A DNA stretch of 64,000 nucleotides from an uncultured delta proteobacterium (GCA_963816395.1 CAWFKQ010000015.1:20322-84321), one strand, 5' to 3'; positions 21,979-31,889 are shown, counted from the stretch's first letter. Notes: generated by a model not told the origin, from the letters alone. A program made the numbers and translations.

Positions 21979-22345
21979 CGCCTCCTATTAATACACCTCT
22001 TAAAAGAGCCTTACTTTTCGCACATTTCCTAACGACAGTCAATGAATAGCGCAGACCAGACGCAGAAGGGGGCGTTCACGTTAACTTGGATTCATCGGTG
22101 GGCATCCCGGATCGCGAGAGGGAAAAAAAGCATTCATCCGTTCGCCAGGAAGCCCAGTGCCGCAAGGCGAATGCCGCCGCAAGCACCCTTCGCTGAAGCT
22201 TCGGCTACCGAGGCTTTGGCGGTTGTCGGGTGCGGCGGAAATCTGGCCTCTGGGGGGTTGATCGAAATTGGATAACATGGGAAAATATAAAAGGAAGAAG
22301 GCTCCGACGCGGGGGCCTGAGAAGACGAAAAGGAGGTGAGAAGAT

Positions 22346-22834
22346 ATGTTGCCGGTTCTTTTTGACCCAATACGCAATCTGAGCACCTTTCAGAGGGAAA
22401 TCGATGACCTTTTCCGTCGCTCCTTCGGTCTGTCCCGGGGTGAGGAAGGTGTGGTTTTCAGCCCCATAGTGAACGCCTATACGAAGGGGAATAAATTCTG
22501 CATCGAAGCCGAGATCCCGGGCGTCGACCAAAAGGATCTGGACGTCAGCGTGGAAGGCGATATGCTGGTTTTGCGCGGCGAGCGCAAGGTCAGCAGGGAA
22601 ACCAAAGAAGAAGACTTCCTGATCCAGGAATCGCAGTACGGTTCCTTTATTCGCCGGCTGACCCTGCCGCAAGGGGTCAACCAGGAAAATATCCATGCCA
22701 CGTATGAAAACGGGATCCTCAAGGTAACCATGCCGGTGAGTGAAAAATCCCTCGCTGGACACAAGATCCAAATCGAAGGCGCGGGGAAAGAAGTCAAGAC
22801 GGAGGGTGGACACAAAGCCAAACAGGTCCATTGA
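22346..22834 (+). CDS. Hsp20/alpha-crystallin small heat-shock protein
   Basis: EIPGVDQKDLDV, LRGERK, YGSFIRRLTLP and ATYENGILKV; RBS AGGAGGTG. Confidence 0.95.
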   Translation: MLPVLFDPIRNLSTFQREIDDLFRRSFGLSRGEEGVVFSPIVNAYTKGNKFCIEAEIPGVDQKDLDVSVEGDMLVLRGERKVSRETKEEDFLIQESQYGSFIRRLTLPQGVNQENIHATYENGILKVTMPVSEKSLAGHKIQIEGAGKEVKTEGGHKAKQVH

Positions 22835-22953
22835 CCGACTGGTCTATTCCATCCGATCCCAAGGGAACGCACCAGCGTTCCCTTTTTGCGTCTTGGCCAT
22901 GGCCGAGACCCCAGCCGCCGGTGTCCGGTATCCGGATGCCGGCGGCGGCAAGT

Positions 22954-23484
22954 TCAGCCGAAGGTCTCGGTGTATAAATGCAGCGCCTGGCGCAGGATCT
23001 CCAGAGCTTCTTCCGGCCCCCGAATCCCCTCCACCAGCACCCGCTTGTTCTCCAGCGTCTTGTATTCCTCAAAGAATTTCTCGATTTCCAGCAGGGTGTA
23101 GGGAGGGATCTCGCGGTAGTGGCGGTAGGGGGAGAAGGCCGGGTCGTGGATGCTGACGGCGATGATCTTATCGTCCAGCCCTTTCTCGTCCTGCATGCGC
23201 ATGAGGCCGACCGCCCGGGCCTCGACGATGGTCAGGGGGTGGACCGCCTCCAGGCAGAGGACCAGCACGTCCAGCGGATCGCCGTCGGGGCTGAAGGTGC
23301 GCGGGATGAAGCCGTAGTTGGCCGGGTAGTGCACCGCGCCATGCAGCACCCGGTCCAGGCGCAGCAGGCCGCTCGCCTTGTCCAGCTCATACTTGTTGCT
23401 GCTGCGCCGGGGAATTTCGATCACCGTCGGGAAGAACTCGCCAATGCGCTCTTCCTCCACCGGTATGGCGTGCCAAGGGTTCAT
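22954..23484 (-). CDS. ppa: Family I inorganic pyrophosphatase
   Basis: KYELDK, YPANYGFIPRT, DGDPLDVLV and DDKII. Confidence 0.95.
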   Translation of the reverse strand: MNPWHAIPVEEERIGEFFPTVIEIPRRSSNKYELDKASGLLRLDRVLHGAVHYPANYGFIPRTFSPDGDPLDVLVLCLEAVHPLTIVEARAVGLMRMQDEKGLDDKIIAVSIHDPAFSPYRHYREIPPYTLLEIEKFFEEYKTLENKRVLVEGIRGPEEALEILRQALHLYTETFG

Positions 23485-23630
23485 GGGGAGAGCATAGCCG
23501 CTTGCCGGCCGATGGCAACCGACCGCCACCTTGGCTGTGACCTTGCCGGTCTCCGGTACTGTGCTATAGGACTAGGAGCAGCCGGCGGCTTCCGCCCGCA
23601 AACTTCTTCCCCCGCCCCCAGGAGGTTCGC

Positions 23631-23819
23631 ATGAAGCGTGAAGAGATGATTCCCCTAGGCAGGTTCCGCGAGCAGCTCAGCCGTTTCCCAGACGATGCCC
23701 AGGTCTTTTTCGGTTGTCCGGATGAGGCCAATCCCCTCGAGTTCATCGGCGTCGAGGAGCGGGGGGAAAAGGAGCTGCACGTGAAGTTCCGCCTGAATAT
23801 CTACAAAGGAAGCGACTGA
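23631..23819 (+). CDS. Small hypothetical protein
   Basis: RBS AGGAGG plus ATG; 62 aa with host-like codon usage. Confidence 0.65.
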   Translation: MKREEMIPLGRFREQLSRFPDDAQVFFGCPDEANPLEFIGVEERGEKELHVKFRLNIYKGSD

Positions 23820-24178
23820 TCTTCCGCCCCCCTTCCCACCTCGATTCATTCCCGCCGCGGGCATTTGCGCAGCCCGCGGCTATAATCAACTTAAACTGGT
23901 TTCACTCGGGCCTGTGGCCCAGCGAAGACCATAAAACCAAAAATCTTTTTCAACACTGGGATGAAGGGGATCGCAAGGGGAAAGGAAAATTCGCTGAGGA
24001 TTTGCTTATCCCCTTAGATCCCCTTTATCGCCTGTAAATTGCCTCGACTTGGTTCGAAAGAATTTCATCACTGGAGTCAAGGGCATAACCAGATCAGACG
24101 GAAATCAGCTCCACGCGGGGACTCAGAGTTCTAGCGTCTCTGCGCTTCTACGTTAAAGTACACGTTGAGGATCAGGGC

Positions 24179-25495
24179 ATGCCGACCCGCATCCTGATCA
24201 TGGGCGCCGCCGGGCGCGATTTCCACAACTTCAATATCCTCTTTCGCGACAGTCCCGATTTCCAGGTGGTCGCTTTCACCGCCGCCCAGATTCCGGCCAT
24301 CGCCGACCGCATTTACCCGCCGGAACTGGCTGGAGAGCGCTATCCCGCCGGTATCCCGATCCTCCCCGAGGCGCAGCTCGCCGACCTGGTCCGCCGCCAC
24401 CGGGTCGAGCAGGTGGTCTTCGCCTACAGCGACATCTCCTATATCGAGCTCATGCGCAAGGGCGCCCTGGTCTCGGCGGCCGGGGCCGACTTTCTCCTGA
24501 TCGCCGCTCACCGCACCATGCTCACCTCGCGGCGGCCGGTGGTGGCGGTCTGTGCCGTGCGCACCGGCAGCGGCAAATCCCAGACCACCCGCCGGGTCTG
24601 CGCCCTGCTGCAGGAGATGGGGAAGCAGGTGGCGGTGGTTCGGCACCCGATGCCGTATGGCGACCTGCGTTCCCAGGCGGTGCAGCGCTTCGCGGCTTTC
24701 GAGGATTTCGCCCGGCACGCCTGCACCATCGAGGAACGAGAGGAATACGAGGGGCTGGTCGAGGCGGGAGTCACCGTCTTCGCCGGGGTCGACTACGCCC
24801 GCATCCTGGCGGCGGCGGAGGCGGCGGCCGAGGTGATCGTCTGGGACGGCGGCAATAACGACACCCCCTTCTTCGCTCCGGACGTGCACATCGTCCTGCT
24901 CGACCCGCACCGCCCCGGGCACGAGCGCCTCTACTACCCCGGGGAAACCAACCTGCGGCTGGCCGCTATCGCCGTCATCAACAAGGTCGATTCCGCCCCG
25001 GCCGAGGCCGTGGCCGCCGTGCGCCGCAGCATCGCCGAGGTCGCCCCGCACGCCGAGGTGGTGCTGGCCGAATCGGCGCTGCGCGTCGAGCACCCCGAGC
25101 GCATCGCCGGCAAACGGGTGCTGGTGGTGGAGGACGGGCCGACCCTCACGCACGGCGGCATGCCTTTCGGCGCCGGAACGCTCGCCGCCCGCCAGCACGG
25201 GGCGGCGGAACTGGCCGACCCGCGGCCGCAGGCCGTCGGGGAAATCGCCGAGGTGTTCCGCCGCTATCCGCACCTGGAGAATGTTCTGCCGGCCATGGGG
25301 TACACCGCCCAGCAGGTCGTCGAACTGGAGGCGACGATCAATCGCACCGACTGCGACCTGGTCCTCTGCGCCACTCCCATCGATCTGCCGCGCCTGCTGG
25401 CCCTCCGCCACCCGACGCTGCGGGTGCGCTATGAATATCGCGACCACGGCGAGCCGACGCTGGCGGCAGCCCTCCGGCGGCGGCTGAACCCCTGA
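24179..25495 (+). CDS. P-loop NTPase of the cyclic-2,3-diphosphoglycerate-synthetase-like family; probable arginine synthetase (ArcE-like)
   Basis: IMGAAGRDFHNFN, AVRTGSGKSQT, RHPMPYGDL, TIEEREEYE, WDGGNNDTPF and VEDGPTLTHGGM; directly upstream of carbamate kinase. Confidence 0.8.
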   Translation: MPTRILIMGAAGRDFHNFNILFRDSPDFQVVAFTAAQIPAIADRIYPPELAGERYPAGIPILPEAQLADLVRRHRVEQVVFAYSDISYIELMRKGALVSAAGADFLLIAAHRTMLTSRRPVVAVCAVRTGSGKSQTTRRVCALLQEMGKQVAVVRHPMPYGDLRSQAVQRFAAFEDFARHACTIEEREEYEGLVEAGVTVFAGVDYARILAAAEAAAEVIVWDGGNNDTPFFAPDVHIVLLDPHRPGHERLYYPGETNLRLAAIAVINKVDSAPAEAVAAVRRSIAEVAPHAEVVLAESALRVEHPERIAGKRVLVVEDGPTLTHGGMPFGAGTLAARQHGAAELADPRPQAVGEIAEVFRRYPHLENVLPAMGYTAQQVVELEATINRTDCDLVLCATPIDLPRLLALRHPTLRVRYEYRDHGEPTLAAALRRRLNP

Positions 25496-25523
25496 ACCTT
25501 GAACCTTGGACCTTGAACCTTGA
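25493..25523 (+). repeat. TGAACCT heptamer tandem array
   Basis: TGAACCT TGAACCT TGGACCT TGAACCT TGA spans from the upstream stop codon to the arcC TTG start. Confidence 0.85.
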
Positions 25524-26440
25524 CGAAACAGACCCTTCTCATCGCCCTCGGCGGCAACGCCCTGATCCGTCCCGGCCAGCAAGGAACGGTGGAGGAACAG
25601 TTCGCCAATCTTGCCGTGCCGGTGCGGCAGATCGCCCGCCTGTCGCGGCAGTGGCGCCTGGTCATTACCCATGGCAACGGTCCGCAGGTGGGGAATCTGC
25701 TGCTGCAGCAGGAAGCCTGCCGCGAGGTGCCGCCGCTGCCGCTGGAAGTGCTGGTGGCGCAGACCCAGGGGCAGCTCGGCTACCTGCTCGAGTCGAGCCT
25801 CGACGGCACCCTGGCGGAACTGGGGGAGAGACGCCACCTGGTCAGCCTGATCAGCTACGTGGTGGTCGAACCGGGCGATCCCGCCTTTGCCGAGCCGAGC
25901 AAGCCGATCGGCCCGGTCCTCGCCGAGGAGGCGGCCAGGGCCGCAGCCTATCCGGTACGCCGCACCGCCCGGGGATGGCGGCGGGTGGTCGCCTCGCCGG
26001 AGCCGGTCACCATCGTCGAGAAGGAGGAGATCCGCCGACTCCTCGCGCTCGATTTCATCGTCATCTGCTGCGGGGGCGGCGGCATTCCGGTAATTCGCGA
26101 GGGACGCGCCTTCCACGGGATCGAGGCGGTGATCGACAAGGATCTGGCGAGCGCCCGCCTGGCGCTGGAGACGGGGGTGGAGGTCTTCCTCATCGCCACC
26201 GATGTGCCGGGGGCGGCCCTGAACTACGGGCGCCCGGCGGAGCGCTTCCTGCGCCGGTTGCCGGTCGCGGAAGCCGAGCGGCTGCAGGCCGAGGGGCACT
26301 TCCCCGCCGGCTCCATGGGGCCGAAGGTGGAAGCGGCGGTGCGCTTCGTGCGCGGCGGCGGGAAGCGGGCCGTCATCTGCGCCCTGGAGGAGATCGAGAG
26401 GGCTATGGCGGGGGAGGCAGGGACGGAGGTCGTGAGCTAA
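25520..26440 (+). CDS. arcC: Carbamate kinase
   Basis: IALGGNAL, THGNGPQVG, KPIGP, GWRRVVASPEP, GGGGIPV, EAVIDKD and GSMGPKVEAA. Confidence 0.95.
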   Translation: MTKQTLLIALGGNALIRPGQQGTVEEQFANLAVPVRQIARLSRQWRLVITHGNGPQVGNLLLQQEACREVPPLPLEVLVAQTQGQLGYLLESSLDGTLAELGERRHLVSLISYVVVEPGDPAFAEPSKPIGPVLAEEAARAAAYPVRRTARGWRRVVASPEPVTIVEKEEIRRLLALDFIVICCGGGGIPVIREGRAFHGIEAVIDKDLASARLALETGVEVFLIATDVPGAALNYGRPAERFLRRLPVAEAERLQAEGHFPAGSMGPKVEAAVRFVRGGGKRAVICALEEIERAMAGEAGTEVVS

Positions 26441-26443
26441 CCC

Positions 26444-26559
26444 GGCTGACGAAAAACGTCCATCTGCGGCGCTGCCCTCATCCTTCGTCAACGACGTACT
26501 TCGTAGGGGCGCATTGCATGCGCCCGTCGACAGAGGGCACGGCGCGCCGTGCCCCTACG
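26444..26559 (+). repeat. Truncated MITE-like repeat fused to a GTAG-type REP doublet
   Basis: 26444-26498 matches the left half of the 30636/35764 element; it is followed by GTAGGGGCG...GTGCCCCTAC. Confidence 0.8.
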
Positions 26560-26567
26560 GAGGCTGC

Positions 26568-28044
26568 ATGCAGGGAAGAACATACCCGCGTTTCTGGCGA
26601 TGGCTTGCCGTCGCCCTGGCCTTTGCCGTCGCGGTTCCCGGCTGCACGGCGCCACGTTATCACGCTGCCGTGCCGCCGCCGACCCTGGCGGCGCCGATCC
26701 CGTCGCGAGCCAGCGAAACCCTGCCCGGAGGCTTTTATTATCAGCCGGCCGGGCTGGCGGACGATTTCCCGGAGGAGAGCACCACCTTCGAGAGAATCCG
26801 GCAGGATTTCGAGGTGGTGCGGGCCACCGGGGCGCCGATATTTCCGCTTCGCCATCGGCTGGGACGGAGTCGAGGTCGCGCCCGGCGAATACAAGTGGGG
26901 TTTCTGGGACGAGTTGGTCCGCCTCGCCTCCGACTACGGCATCACCCTCCTGCCGTATGTCTGCTACACGCCCGCCTGGCTCAATGCCGACCCGGTGAAC
27001 TACTGGCGAAACCCGCCGGACGATCTCCAGCGCTTCGGCGCCTTCATGTACGCCATCGCCAGCCGTTACAAGGGGAAGGTCGCCTCCTGGGAGCTGTGGA
27101 ACGAGCCCGACAACGACTATTACTGGACGGGCACCGCCGCCCAGTTCGCGGCGATGGTCCGCGAGGGAGCCCGCCAGGTGCGGCGCGCCGATCCCGGGGC
27201 CGTCGTCGTTCTCGGCGGCATGGCCCACGGGCGAAGCCCCTTTCTGGAAGAGCTGCTGCGGGTGCAGCAGCTGGGCCAGGAGTTCGATGTCATCAACGTT
27301 CACGGCTATTTCGAGACGTGGAGCCCGGAGCCGGCGGAAGACTACCCGCAGATGCTGCAGGAGGTCCATGACCTGATCGCCGAGACCGCTCCGCACCTCG
27401 ATCTGTGGCTCGCCGAATTCGGCTACAGCGATTACCGCCTCGATTGCGATTCGGCCTCCGAGTGGGTCGACATCCGTTATCGCTACGAGCATACCCCGGA
27501 GTACCAGGCGGTATCCCTGTGGAAGGACCACGTCCTCGCCGCCGCCTCGGGGGATGTTTCCCTCACCACCTGGTACCGCATCCACGACCTGCCCGAGGCG
27601 GAAGGGGTGATCGGCGACGAGAACAACAAGCACCTGGGGATCCTGGACGTCAACGGCGACCCGAAACCCGCCTACTACGCCCTTCGTTTCTACAACCGCA
27701 TTTTCGATCACCCTTTCCGGGCGGTCGCGGTGGCGGTCGACAGACCGCCGGCATCGCAGAGCGAGGTCCACGTCTTCGAGGAAAACGACGGCCACTGGAT
27801 CGTCACCGCCTGGCTGCGCAGCCCGCCCGCAGGGGAAGCGCCCGGCCCCGCCGGCTGGGCGAAGGACCCGCGGGCGGAAACGATCTCGATCCGTCTGCCC
27901 CTCTCCCGCCCGGCCCGCTGGCAGACCTACCGGGTGAACGGCAAACCGGACCAGGCCGGGATTCTGCCGGCCGGCGGCATTCTCGCGGGAATCCGGCTGA
28001 CCGGCGGGACGGTGTTTATCGCGGAGATTGTGCCGCAAGAGTGA
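26568..28044 (+). CDS. Putative lipoprotein clan-A glycoside hydrolase (GH39/GH5-like; frameshift near 26840)
   Basis: Signal ...AVAVPGC; WELWNEPD (acid/base), FDVINVHGY and LWLAEFGY (nucleophile). Confidence 0.85.
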
Positions 28045-28361
28045 TCTGGAATATGGCGATTTGACCTTTTCAGCCGCCTCCGGGTCTTCCCGGCGGCGGC
28101 TGATTGTTTTTTCCTGCGGAATGTGCAGCCTTTCCTTCGCGGCCTTTGCCTCGCGGAAGGCTGGCCCTTTTTCGCTGTGCCCGTTTTTTTTAACGGCCCC
28201 GCTGCTGCATCGGCTGGGAGGGGATGGATCCGCAGTGCTGGCAATGCTGAATGCCAGCGATGAGATCGTTGGCGAGCTCCATTTCAAATAGCCGCCGGAA
28301 CCCACCTTTCCCGCTCCGGCTTCGACCAGAAGACGCTCTACCCGGTCGGCCTTCCGCCGGT

Positions 28362-28405
28362 TTGACACGCGAAATCGAAATTGCTATGGTAATACATGGT
28401 CATAC
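28362..28405 (+). promoter_or_regulatory. Sigma70-like promoter with direct-repeat operator for TA operon 1
   Basis: TTGACA-17 nt-TATGGT; overlapping direct repeat ATGGTAATAC ATGGTCATAC. Confidence 0.6.
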
Positions 28406-28419
28406 AGAAGGAGGTCCTT

Positions 28420-28665
28420 ATGCCATCGAGACAGCGAGCCGTCATGACCGTATCCTTGCCTCCGGCCATGGCCGAGGAATACCGGCAACTTGCCAGGGAG
28501 AAGGGAGAAAGCGCCAGCGAGTTCTTCCGCGAGATCTTCACCTTCTACAAGCAGGAGAAGCTGCAGAAGGAGCTGGTCTCCCTTCAGGAGTACGGCGAAG
28601 GCAAAGCCCGGGAGATGAGGATCACCGAAGAGGAGATCGAGTACCTGGTTTTCGGTGACCGCTAG
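28420..28665 (+). CDS. Ribbon-helix-helix (CopG) antitoxin
   Basis: RAVMTVSLPPAMAEEYRQLAREKGESASEFFRE; RBS AAGGAGG. Confidence 0.85.
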   Translation: MPSRQRAVMTVSLPPAMAEEYRQLAREKGESASEFFREIFTFYKQEKLQKELVSLQEYGEGKAREMRITEEEIEYLVFGDR

Positions 28666-29060
28666 TGCGGCGGGTCGTCTTTGACACCAACATCTACATT
28701 TCCGCCTTCATTACCCCCGGCGGCCGGGGCGAGGCCGCTTACCTGCGGGCCGTGCGGAGTGAAGCGGCACTTTTCACTTCGGTGCCGATTTTGACCGAAC
28801 TGGCCCGCAAGCTGCGGGAAAAATTCGGCTGGGATGACGAGCACGTCAAGGCCGCCGTCCGGCATGTGGCTGCTGTAGCGCGCGTGGTGAAACCCATGGA
28901 GCGGCTGGCCGTGCTCGCCGATGAGCCGGATAACCGCATCCTGGAGTGCGCGCGGGAAGCAAGGGCGGAGTTGATCGTTACCGGCGACCGGCATCTGCTG
29001 GACCTGAGGGAGTATGAGGGGATCGGGATCGTGACTTTGGCGGGGTTTCTGGAGGGGTGA
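28665..29060 (+). CDS. PIN-domain toxin
   Basis: VVFDTNIYISA, DEPDNRILECA and IVTGDRHLL. Confidence 0.92.
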   Translation: MRRVVFDTNIYISAFITPGGRGEAAYLRAVRSEAALFTSVPILTELARKLREKFGWDDEHVKAAVRHVAAVARVVKPMERLAVLADEPDNRILECAREARAELIVTGDRHLLDLREYEGIGIVTLAGFLEG

Positions 29061-29202
29061 GAGCCTGGTAATTGCATCGGAATGTTCAGATTACCCCAGG
29101 CATTGGCCTGCTGCAACAGATTTGGCCGCGGCCCTCTCCTTGACACCCCCGCTCCTCGTGTTGTACGTTTTTCAATAAACGTATTACCCTGGGAGGGAAG
29201 CG

Positions 29203-29439
29203 ATGGAAACCAAGACGAAAATTTCGACCAAGGGTCAGGTCGTCATCCCGGCGGAGCTGCGCCGGAAGCACCACCTGGAGCCGGGAGCGAACGTGCAGAT
29301 TTTCGAGTATGGCGACCTCATCTGCATCGCCCCGGTCGTCAGGGACCCGATCGAAGCGGCCTATGGCGCGCTTCCCCGGGAACCGTCGCTGGCCGAAGAG
29401 CTGCTGACGGAGCGGAAAAAGAATTCCGCCGGTGAATAA
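29203..29439 (+). CDS. AbrB/MazE-type antitoxin
   Basis: KISTKGQVVIPAELRRK; palindromic operator TACGTTT-N6-AAACGTA at 29164-29183. Confidence 0.9.
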   Translation: METKTKISTKGQVVIPAELRRKHHLEPGANVQIFEYGDLICIAPVVRDPIEAAYGALPREPSLAEELLTERKKNSAGE

Positions 29440-29830
29440 GCTGCTTTTCGACAGCTTTGCTCTGCTGCGTTTTTTTCAGAAGGAGCCGGGCGGCGAAAAG
29501 GTTCGCGATCTGCTCAGGGCCGCCTTTGCCGACCACACCCCCTGCCTGATCAACGCCATCAATATCGGGGAAATCATCTATATCATCCAGCACCGTTTCG
29601 GCGAGCGGAAAAAGCTGGAGGCTCTCGTCCACCTGCAGCGCCTCGGCCTCGCTGTCCTGCCTTGCCCGAATGAGATTATCTTCCGTGCCGCCGAACTGAA
29701 GGCCCGGTATCCCATCTCCTATGCCGACGCTTTCGCCCTGGCTTCGGCTATAGAACAGGGTGCCGACCTCGTCACCGGCGATCCGGAATTCCGCCACGTG
29801 GAGCATCTGGTCCGGATAAACTGGATCTGA
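29432..29830 (+). CDS. vapC: VapC-family PIN toxin
   Basis: LFDSFALL, INIGEIIY, ISYADAFALA and LVTGDPEF. Confidence 0.9.
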   Translation: MNKLLFDSFALLRFFQKEPGGEKVRDLLRAAFADHTPCLINAINIGEIIYIIQHRFGERKKLEALVHLQRLGLAVLPCPNEIIFRAAELKARYPISYADAFALASAIEQGADLVTGDPEFRHVEHLVRINWI

Positions 29831-29981
29831 CAGGAATCCCCGAGAGTGCGGATGCGTTTCAGTGCTCCCGCAGCCCCATTCCAGGGTGCCCCTTGAATGC
29901 CTTCTCGATGCCAACTTGACAGACATTTCATTACTGACTAACATCAGATTGCAAGTAAGGAAAATCAATGGAGGTAAGAAT

Positions 29982-30227
29982 ATGCTCGCCAAGGTAACGT
30001 CCAAGGGGCAGGTGACGATTCCCCAGGCAGTCCGGAAAAAGCTCGGCATCGGCAAGGACGACACCGTCGATTTCATCATCGAGAACGACTACGTCCGGCT
30101 GGTGCCGGTCAGGACGCTGAAGGATCTCAGGGGGGTGGTCCGGGCAAGAGGAAAAGGTGATTTTACCGAAGAGCGGGCGAAAGCGAAGAGCGCAACGGCC
30201 CGGCGCGTGCGCGAGGAGATGGAATGA
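29982..30227 (+). CDS. AbrB/MazE-type antitoxin
   Basis: AKVTSKGQVTIPQAVRKKLGI; RBS GGAGG. Confidence 0.9.
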   Translation: MLAKVTSKGQVTIPQAVRKKLGIGKDDTVDFIIENDYVRLVPVRTLKDLRGVVRARGKGDFTEERAKAKSATARRVREEME

Positions 30228-30634
30228 AAGCGTATTTCGTCGACACCAACCTTTTCGTCCGCTATCTCACCAACGACGATCCGCAGAAGGCCGACCGGGT
30301 GGAGCGTCTGCTGGCCGAAGCCGGAGCGGGGAAGGTGGCGCTCGTCACGGCCGAGATCGTCATGGCCGAGCTGGTTTGGGTGCTGGAGTCGTGCTATGAG
30401 CTGGCGCCGGCGGAGATCGCGCCGCTGATCCGCGGCATTCTGGCGACGCCGGGGCTGGAGGTGATCAACGGCCCGCTGGTGGAAAGGGCTCTCCTCTATT
30501 ATGAAGAGCAAAATGTGGATTTCATCGACGGTTACATCGCTGCCGTCATGGAAAAGCGAAGCCTGAACGGTCTTTATTCATACGACCGGAAACATGCTGC
30601 ACGGATTGAAGGGATAGCCCGGATCGAACCTTAG
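30224..30634 (+). CDS. vapC: VapC-family PIN toxin
   Basis: FVDTNLFVRYL, AELVWVL, DFIDGYI and YSYDR; ATGA overlap with the antitoxin. Confidence 0.9.
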   Translation: MKAYFVDTNLFVRYLTNDDPQKADRVERLLAEAGAGKVALVTAEIVMAELVWVLESCYELAPAEIAPLIRGILATPGLEVINGPLVERALLYYEEQNVDFIDGYIAAVMEKRSLNGLYSYDRKHAARIEGIARIEP

Positions 30635-30635
30635 C

Positions 30636-30782
30636 CGGCTGATGAAAAACGCCCATCTGCGGCGTTGCCCTCATCCCTTCGTTAACGACGTATCTTCCAG
30701 ATACGCCTTATTCCTCAGGATTTCAGGCGCCTTGCATCTGGACATTTTTGCTCAGCCTGAAAATCTGAGTTTTCAACAACCT
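30636..30782 (+). mobile_element. MITE-like dispersed repeat, family A, copy 1
   Basis: Near-identical to 35764-35909; termini GGCTGATGAAAAAC ... TTTTTGCTCAGCCT ... GTTTTCAACAACCT. Confidence 0.85.
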
Positions 30783-31889
30783 TTAAGAGGTTGCTCCTCC
30801 CCGCTCCCGCAGCCCCCGTTCCAGGGTGACCACAAAATCCTGGACGTTGGTGAGGATGGCGCGGGCCGTGAGGGTGCCGCGGTTGGCGAGCTTGCCGACG
30901 GCGAATTCGGACATGTCGACCAGGTAGAAATAGACCGGGCGGACCTGGCCGCCGGACACCTGGTAGGAGGGGACAAGGTTGCCGGTGGCGATGGTGTGCA
31001 GCTGGGTGGCCAGGGCGATCACGGTGGTGGCCCGCCGGGTCAGGTCGCGCATGCGGTCCTGGGCTTCGCCGGTGCTGTCGATCACTTCCGGCAGGGGGCC
31101 GTCGTCGCGGATGGAGCCGGCCAGGACGTAGGGGATGCCGCGAGCGAGGACCGCCCGCATCACCCCGTCGCGAATCAGCCCGGTTTCCACCCCCCGCCGG
31201 ATGGAGCCGAGGGCGCGGATACGGTTCAGGGTATCCAGGTGATGATAATGACCGAGGGGGGCCGGGCGCTTCGAATAGATATCCTGGCCGAGGGCGGTGC
31301 CGAACAGGGCGCCCTCGAGATCGTGGGTGGGCAGGGCGTTGCCGGCGAGCAGGCCGTGCACGAAGCCCTGCTCCACCAGGGCGGCGAAGGCCTGGCGGGA
31401 ATCGCGGTCGAAAACCGTTGCCGGGCCGGCGACCCAGAGAATGAACCCGTGCTGCCGTTCGAAGCGGAGCAGGTCGTATAGCTCGTCATAGTCGATGGAG
31501 AAGGAGGTCTCGCGGGTGAACTGGGTGCGGAAGGCGAATTTTTCCCTCTCCCGTTCGGCGCCATCGAAACCGCCGTAATGCACGTAGATGCCGTCTTCGC
31601 CCTCTTCCCGCCGGCCGCAGGCCACCGCGTCCCCCTCGCGCAGGCGGCGGAACTCCAGCACTTCCAGCTCTTCCCCCCGCCGCACCACCGCACAGTCCAT
31701 GCGGCTTTCCCGCGGCAGCCGCCACTCCCCGGGCCGCAGTTGAAAGTATTCGGGGTAGATGGAGGTGGCGTGATACCCCTCCGGCGCCACTCCGTCCTGC
31801 CGCACCGGCACGAAGCGCGCCAGCGGCGCGTCGCGCAGCGGCGGCCGGGAGAAATCGGGGGGATGATAGGCCGGCAGGCGGAAGGTCAT
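30783..31889 (-). CDS. LOR/SDH-bifunctional-domain (ArgZ/AgrE C-terminal-like, TIGR00300-related) protein; putative ornithine cyclodeaminase
   Basis: DGVAPEGYHATS..PEY, RMDCAVV, LLAGNAL.THDLE, LAGSIRDDGPLP, LHTIATGN and KLANRG. Confidence 0.8.
   Translation of the reverse strand: MTFRLPAYHPPDFSRPPLRDAPLARFVPVRQDGVAPEGYHATSIYPEYFQLRPGEWRLPRESRMDCAVVRRGEELEVLEFRRLREGDAVACGRREEGEDGIYVHYGGFDGAEREREKFAFRTQFTRETSFSIDYDELYDLLRFERQHGFILWVAGPATVFDRDSRQAFAALVEQGFVHGLLAGNALPTHDLEGALFGTALGQDIYSKRPAPLGHYHHLDTLNRIRALGSIRRGVETGLIRDGVMRAVLARGIPYVLAGSIRDDGPLPEVIDSTGEAQDRMRDLTRRATTVIALATQLHTIATGNLVPSYQVSGGQVRPVYFYLVDMSEFAVGKLANRGTLTARAILTNVQDFVVTLERGLRERGGATS

Noticed and set aside
13750..22030. Prophage/ICE or att-bounded island
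   Set aside because: No integrase, tRNA or convincing direct repeats at the borders.
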